Assembly (NCBI GenBank): GCA_976226885.1
Contig: OZ320316.1
Coordinates: forward strand, 89,404,001 to 89,468,000
Direction: 5' to 3'
Length of the DNA: 64,000 bases
Source: Iphione sp. A-MEVVRFRX5
Lineage: Eukaryota
In this document: piece by piece, positions 56,757-64,000 of the stretch
How the letters are laid out: each line of letters starts with the position of its first letter
Position numbering within the stretch: position 1 is the first letter of the stretch
Translations under genes and position numbers: made by a program
Notes under the pieces: generated by a model
Database searches by the model: none
Told to the model about the DNA's origin: nothing
Seen by the model: only the letters and a program-made list of their open reading frames with translations

Positions 56757-59700
56757 TTTGTACAGTCGGTATAGCTGTCCCTGCACTCATGGCGTGCTAA
56801 AGGTGGACTGTATAACAGAAGTACCTCGGTTGCATTTGCAGTTTGCAAAATTGCATGGTTAGAGTATGTAAAATAATCATTTCTTGAATAATATATGAAT
56901 GGCTGAGTAGGGGGAAAAGAAGGCCAGTAATAATATTAAATGGTGCAAATGCCTTTCATGTTTGCATTGGTTCTGTGTGTGTCTCTCACCCTTTCTATCT
57001 CTAGCTCTCTTCCCCCATTGGTAACTCAATCCCTCGTTCTCTCCCTCTCTCTGTTTATTTCCGAAGTCAAGGTTATTGGTGTATTACTACACGAAGCCAA
57101 AGGGCATTCGGTGCTTGTACTGGTTGTGTATGTGTGTGTCTATGTCTCTCTATTAGTTTTCAAAGGTCAGGATCTTTAGTGTATTACTACACTTATCTGA
57201 AGAGGTGGTGCAGTATCTCCCCTTTATCTTTCTGCATCCTTTATACTAAATGGTTTGAAGCACTTATAGTCCCCAGTTTTCAGAAATGGTTTAGAGTTAA
57301 TTACCAAATATGCATAGATATATTCTTTTGCCTAGTCACACACATCTTACAAAACACCACAAGATCATATTGGGCACAGACTATTTTCGGGAGGCTTCTT
57401 GAATAGATAGCGTAACCAGGTTTTTAGCGGATGATTTAATCCAACTAGGAGCTTTATTACTTGTCAGTTCAATACAGTTTAGACAACAAAGGGACAATTA
57501 AAAGTACACAACAAAAGTGTAACGTGAGGGAAAGTGTACATGGTCACAGAAACAAAGAACAGGACATTCTCTAAGATACCAGCAGATGATAATAGGAAGC
57601 AGAAAATTATATGGTGATTATGGGAAAGATCATATATAGTACGTGGACTTAAGGTGAATGAAGACTATGACCACCACACCCAGTTAGCAGCCTGCCGTAA
57701 CTTAAACAGCTGTGGTGACCTGCTCAGAACCTAGAAGTCGGACTTATCAGAGTAAGGGTCTCTGCTGACTTTAGCTACGGGACTTCGACTCCCCCCACCA
57801 CATGTCTAGGGCGGGCGATAGATTCACACTTCGTCGCGTTGTATCAGTAGCGTACAGGACAAATACTGCTGTGAAACAAATGACCACCGAAGTAAAGAAA
57901 CAAGAGCGTTTTTCAGTTAATCTCTGCCGCCTAGATTGGACGGCTTGCAGTGCAATCAATCAGTTTTGTAGGAAATATTTTATTCCTCTAAGGATCTTTT
58001 AGAAACACTTTATATCAGATCTTAAGCATTTAGGAAAATATGAACGATGTACAATTCTGTCAGGTTAAATGTATTATGACTTAAATTAACAGGAAGCCTA
58101 CGTCGTTATCATCTGAAACCTTGAAAATTGAAACCTCTAGATTCAAAGAAACCGCCCATTCTCCCAGACAAGATCTAGTTTGTTCAACAGGAAATGGATT
58201 CGTATTCGTAAACATATATATATATATATATGCACATATAAGCAGATTAATCAGGGAGGTAGATTGTCAAATTAAGGTTTCATTTTCCAGTTGAAATAAC
58301 AGTGGACAATAACTGTTTGTATTTAAGAGAAGATTTAATTAACTAAAACACTCGATTCCACCTACATGTATTTTCATCTAGTAATATCCTATAAGCATTA
58401 GTGATCACTTATTCGACCATATATTTAAGGGTACAGTAAGTTCTCACATTACAGGAACATTGCCGAGTCAGAAGGATACCTGCAGCGGCAAATGCAGAGG
58501 CACACATTATTTATTCAATATTAAGTGATTCTCTGACAATAAGAAATGCCCACCATGATCATATCAGTCTGGGAACAAGTTTATTCAATTCATGAAGGTC
58601 TCTCAATAGCCACTGATATGTCTGAAGCCTTTGTTTCCCTATTATTACCTCATTTAAAGTATACAAAATTAAATATATCTAAAAGATGAAGACATTACAA
58701 GACCCAGAACCAAGAATTGACTCAAGTTATGCAGAGTACTCGCGCTTGATTGGTTTGGTGGCAAACCGGGCATTTTAAACCAGCCACGCACTCGTTATGT
58801 ATCTATCACATATATATATATATATATAAATATTTCATTTGATACAATGTTATGATGAACCATCGGCCCCCCAATAACCAGACAAGAGGCCAGTATTATG
58901 GCAAAAGCGTTCAGAATCCAGCTGGATTGCACTTCAGGGGGTCTACAGCACTTAGCTAATTAAAGCTGGTATAATTGATGCCAAATTCCCTTTGAAATGG
59001 GGTTCCCAACTGTTATGGCAGTTTTCTTTCCTGTTAGTGATGTATTACAATAGCATAGTACATGGTACAATCGTCTTTGGAGCTTCTGCTGCTAGACAAC
59101 CTATTTGTCGACGTTTTGATCCATACTGAGAATATCACAGGATTGTGCGAGCAGGGCAGTCTGCGGTCTATGACAACGTACATTTTTCTACTCATGCCCG
59201 TAGCCAAGGGGGGTATCGGGGGTATCGTCCGATACCCCCATAGGGGCCTGCTGCTGATTGCGGTTTAGCGTAGAATGCGCCTAGTTCTTGTTTACAAACC
59301 ATAATAATAGATATTCATTCAGTGATTCACTCAAGAATAAAACACTTACTGACAACTTAGTTTCCAAGAAATCCTTGTCCAGGCATTGGTTGATTTGTAA
59401 GAGGGATTTAACGTCGAGAATTGCACGTGTATGAGTGTCTGGGGAAAGTCACTTGCGTAGTCCTATTAGTATGTCCTTGTCCAATCAAATGAAGGCAACA
59501 CGCCTGTCGTTACGGTGAGAACTGACGCAATTGTCGGAGTCCAGAATTGGCAGAATCGACCCGCTTAGCGGAAGCTCCCGTTAAGAGGCCGGTAAATACG
59601 GGTTTGGCCCATGTTTAGGAGAGTAAATTCACAGTGCTGGAATTATAACGTCGTGAAAATCTGTCGTGTTATTTGAAATTTATTGCAATGCTGAATATGG

Positions 59701-62279
59701 CAATTGTTTTTATTCTAGCTCTTTTCCTACAGGAAAGTAATCAATGGCAATAAGGCAGTATAGAGCAAAGAGGTCATCCATTGAACAGGACGTCCAGGAA
59801 ATTTCTATAGGTCCTTTCTAGCCCTAAGTCTGCAAGGAAATGGGAGACGAAACAGCCCACCTCCGGCTGTCACCGTCAGTGTTTGCGCACATACTATTGA
59901 CCGGTACCAATAGCTGCTAAACAGCCAACAACCCAATGATCCGAGGAGCTACCCAAACGTTATATGCTAGAGGCTACTTTTTTCCATATCCTACATGAAT
60001 TGGTTCTAAGATTCGGACCACTATTTTTGAGGTTTTATGGTCAAATAATTAATGCACTATGTTTATTTAGGACATTTACCTGAACTATCTATAGTTGTAC
60101 TTCGTGTTGCAATTGCAAATGCAGCTCTGTAGGAAAGAAACCCAAGATCATATTCATGGCGATATTTAACAAGAGTAAATTCACTGTAGTAAAAACCTCC
60201 CTTCTGTGGATAACCACGTTTTGGACCTCGTAGATTATTGACCATTTAAAAAAAAATGACACAAACACAGTACACTAGTTCTATTGGCAGTCATATCCAA
60301 AGCAAACCAAAGATATAAGTTATGATAATGTCTTATAAATGTGCTGTCCTATTCTTTTTCAGAACAATCTACTACATGTAACTAAATGACTGATATTTTT
60401 GCGTCACTCGATTTAGGACCGCTGAACTCAACTATCACTTTTGTTACCATCAGTGTTGTTGAGCTCAGCATCAGACACGCAACACTTATAGACCCTATTG
60501 TTATGCATCCTGCGCTACAACTTATGACCATATATATCAGCGTGCAGGCTCATCGAAACACATGAAATATATATGTGTTTCGAATCAAATTATTACAGTA
60601 AATACAGTTCCTACTTGCCAATATTGTAATATTTCAAGAGAAAATTGAATCGATTTCATGCTTTACAGTGATTTGAGCATACATTGAACTACAAAAATGT
60701 TACATAAGCTAATAATACGTTGTCATCAAAAGCAGCACACGAAATTCATGCATTTCCCTAATAAGGTTGCTATGTGCACGAAACTCTTCAATATATATCA
60801 ACTGGATGAACTTGCCCTAGGAGAATATTATGTTTCAAATGAACACCATCAGCGCACTTTATAGCGTTAAATGGTTAATGGGAACCACCAGTGACGACTG
60901 GGTTACATAACCCTTTATGAAAGGATTCCATGCCTTTTAGCCGGGCATATTCCGTTGTTATTCGAGGGATGTAGGGCCGCACGCTGAAACGCAGCCAATC
61001 GAAACCATTATTATAAATCTATCTTCCCCGTCAAACTGAAGTCTTTATTTTAAACTGTGATTTCTGGTCATGACATCCGTTTTAATAGGATGTGTTTTTC
61101 TCCAGTAGATGCAATCCAGTCAGACAAGTTTTATTTCGATTTTACGCCAACCGCCTAATTTGTATTGATTGACTATTTGTGGCGTGCTTACGCGATCCGT
61201 GATTGAAAGAGAGGTGTTGCTATCAATCACCATCAGTAGCAAAGGCAGGCTTATTTTATAGCCGGACAGGGGCATTCTCCCATCAGCAAACATGGCCACA
61301 CATCTCGAAGCAATCATCTTCATTGGCATGTAGCGATAGTGATGCAAACAGGCTAATTAACGAGAGTCTTAGGTCTTCGACGAACGAGGATCAGCAAGCT
61401 TTCAAATCAATTATCCTAGCCGAAGACAAGAACTCCGATGACTGATGATATGTCATTAGACGTAGATGGAGGTGGAATAGATCCCAATAAAACTTTCAAC
61501 CCTCCCTTTATTACAGTTTTCATGCCGGGCACTTAAAACTCTAATACACTATTCATCTACTACTATATTGGGTCCCAGCCGCTTCCCAGATCCACATATT
61601 TATACTGATTGTAGTTTGCCGAATATGTACGCATCGGCAGATCTGTTTGACAATTAACAGTTAACAACTTACCATTGTCCAATAAAATACGCTTCACCAA
61701 TTCAGCGACATCGATGATATGTCCCGTCTTCTCAGTTGCACATATGTAGTTCTATTGAAAAAGTAGTTCACTTTGAATTATAAAATCCTCATTAAGTGTG
61801 AATCACCTGTTGGCTGGCTTTCAACCATGTTCGTACGGGTGTGTGTCTGTATCCATGCTCCCACTGGGTTCGAAACTGGAAGGTGTCTTCTATCTGTTAA
61901 ATGCCATTCTATCGAACCCTGATGTATCGAACCTTGACCCCAACGTAATTATACAGTAGGCAAACCCTGGCCTTAACTGTTCTCCTCGTGTTAGTACACA
62001 GACATACACTTTGACACCTGGGTGCCAAGTTCATGTTTCATGTGTCCGGAAATTGTTTCTATGCCTCAAAACAGGGTTGTTTCCATGTGTACAGGCTCCA
62101 TGCTCCATGCTGCATATCTGGAGGCATCTGGGGACTGAAAACGGCCCTGGCTGATTAATTTCTCCATGTACACACAAATATGCACAGACCACTATGATAT
62201 AGTGATGACCTTCTCAGCAGGGTAGACATTGTCTCTCACATGATAGATGTGAATTTTTTTCTAAGTTGCATTTAATTTA

Positions 62280-62370
62280 CATAAAAACCACACAATTTCC
62301 ACCAATATGCTTTGACCTCCATCAAAAAAGCACAATTTCCACTATATGCTTCAACCTTCACAAAACATCA
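62280..62370. repeat. Tandem repeat with a ~40-bp unit (2 units), related to 19480-19620
   Basis: cacaatttccac..atatgct at 62291 and 62331. Confidence 0.6.
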
Positions 62371-62949
62371 TACATACATCCATACATACATACATTCATT
62401 ACAATAAACACATAACATGCATAAATACATTCTGATCAGGTTTTAACTGTTCCTGATCGTTTTTGACCCGTACACATGGAAATCACCTCTCTGTGTTTGT
62501 TTTTGCTAGTCCGATGTCTTTCTTATATATTTTATAGGAGTGGGACAGTAAAATTAATTCGAGATGGTCCTCCTGGTTAAATTGCCACAGGATGCATTGC
62601 TACTGCAATATTATTATACAGCAGCAACCCAGCCTACTGGCAGGCTCACTAAGAGTTCACCCCAGAATTAAGGGCAGGTCTAAATATTCCTAATTGACTG
62701 GGTTTCAAAAAATAATATTATGATTTCTTGCAGGAGGGCATTGGAGAATTTTTACCGTAGTTTATTGTCGTGTACCGTCTCTCTAGTGCCATACTTGAAA
62801 GGTCTATACACGTGTTTATTGAGCTATACTCCTAACCAAGGTGTCAGTCTTTTATTAAGACAATATATAGTAGCTCCATATGAAATAAACAACATATAAG
62901 GCCAAGCTAGAATTCTCAATTAATACATGTTTCTTATTTTTGTTCCCAG

Positions 62950-63450
62950 TGCTCGGTCAGGGCGTGCAAAAAAGAGCATATCACCAACAGAATGGACGTC
63001 GACCAATTCCAGAAGAAGTACGGCACACCGGGAACGTTTGAAAAGTGCTATTTAGATCCCACCGACCCGCAATGGGGCGCCGTCATCCACATTTTCAAAC
63101 CTGGCATGACTGTCTTCCACGCCATGTTCTGGCCAGCCTTAGCACTCGCCCTTGGATCTCTAACGTGTGGTATATTTTGCAATCGATGTCGCGCCTATGA
63201 AGTGCGCAAGGAAATGAAGGATAACTCCTCCTCTGCTTCAACGGCTGCTTTTTTAGTGGAAAAGTCGCCTCCGATGATAAGAGAGACCAAGATAAGGGAA
63301 AAGGGAAAGGTAAAGGTAAAGGCAAAAATGAAAATGAAGGAAAAAGGCAAAGAAGAGGAGAAAAGAGAGATCCTCGAAAAAGGCGGGATGCTCCAGGACG
63401 GCGCGAACGCGCTTTCTCCACCATTGAAGAAGAAGGGGAATTGGTTGTGA
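62950..63450 (+). CDS. KCNMB: Coding exon 2 of the KCNMB-like gene (rest of the extracellular loop, TM2, Lys/Glu-rich tail)
   Basis: Acceptor ttcttatttttgttcccag|TGC (phase 0). Reads CSVRACKKEHITNRMDVDQF...FEKCYLDP...TVFHAMFWPALALALGSLTCGIFC, resembling the beta-subunit CSYxPxC, F.CY and FHCxFWP motifs. Confidence 0.85.
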   Translation, partial: CSVRACKKEHITNRMDVDQFQKKYGTPGTFEKCYLDPTDPQWGAVIHIFKPGMTVFHAMFWPALALALGSLTCGIFCNRCRAYEVRKEMKDNSSSASTAAFLVEKSPPMIRETKIREKGKVKVKAKMKMKEKGKEEEKREILEKGGMLQDGANALSPPLKKKGNWL

Positions 63451-64000
63451 TGACAACGGTTGTTTGACAGGGTGTTTTATTTATACAGCTACGGTTTCGG
63501 TTGGAACACCGGCAACCTAAGCGCAGTGGAAGATACCTGCCTGCAGGAGGACGGCACGTCTGCCTTTAGAAGGCCCTGGCCAGGGCATCCCATGTAGCAC
63601 CATTCCTGACAGTGGTGACAGTTGGTAGACCTTCCGGCCACGAGTCGTCGGGTGCAAGGAGTTCTCTATGAGGTCTCGACATGACATTTTAAACCATTAT
63701 TAATTGTATCCCTGCTTATCTTAACTGCTTAGAATATTTGAATTGGTATTTTTCAAGAATTTTGAAAGAAAAGCAGGGAATTAAATTTTGCATTTGGTAC
63801 AAGGTAACCGTTTAGCATCGAAATTATTCGATCTAGCTCTAATGCAGGAAATATGGTAATGTGAAGCTGTTATCGCCGTTGAATTTATTGATTGTGTGGG
63901 TATCAAAAGAGCCCATTGTCTTATTCATTCCTATTGTTTGTAAGAGAGTCACACATTTTCGAGGATCGTAAGCATATGTAAAATAGAAAATCATTGAAAA

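Noticed and set aside
59196-59245. GGGGTATCG-TC-CGATACCCC palindrome
   Set aside because: It is an isolated 9-bp-arm hairpin next to a G-run, probably a small MITE scrap, with no second copy or context to support function.
61203-61445. DANRLINESLRSST as a DIRS/Crypton tyrosine-recombinase-associated fragment
   Set aside because: The resemblance is too short and no downstream recombinase (RHRY) motifs were found.
61851-61935. GGTTCGAA B-box-like motifs as a tRNA or SINE
   Set aside because: There is no properly spaced A-box and no cloverleaf pairing. No tRNA or rRNA gene could be supported anywhere in the window.

Overview
Repeat-dense stretch of an AT-rich animal genome with spliceosomal GT-AG introns; it looks like an invertebrate, but the taxon cannot be determined from sequence alone. 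There are two probable host genes on the + strand. One is a two-exon ~995-aa orphan multi-pass membrane protein (3140-6549). The other is a BK-channel beta-subunit (KCNMB/CaKB)-like gene whose two coding exons (49163-49540, 62950-63450) flank a 13.4-kb intron. Most of 7.3-44 kb is mobile DNA: an intact two-ORF CR1/L2-group LINE, a 5' piggyBac remnant with an intron, a full-length TSD-flanked L1/Tx1 LINE, two decayed L1-type ORF2 copies, a ~7.7-kb Sola2-like DDD DNA transposon and a truncated Ty3/gypsy element. Two things stand out. (1) The L1/Tx1 ORF1 ends in a NADAR (YbiA-like) domain, hidden from the ORF track by one in-frame TAG. (2) The Sola2-like transposase appears to be split by a 3.3-kb intron. 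That intron holds a complete antisense three-exon accessory gene, a 64-bp-period palindromic hairpin array and a related tandem array, while a second 14-bp motif marks both element ends. Coordinates were read by hand and may be off by a few bases. Family assignments come from recalled motifs, not database searches.
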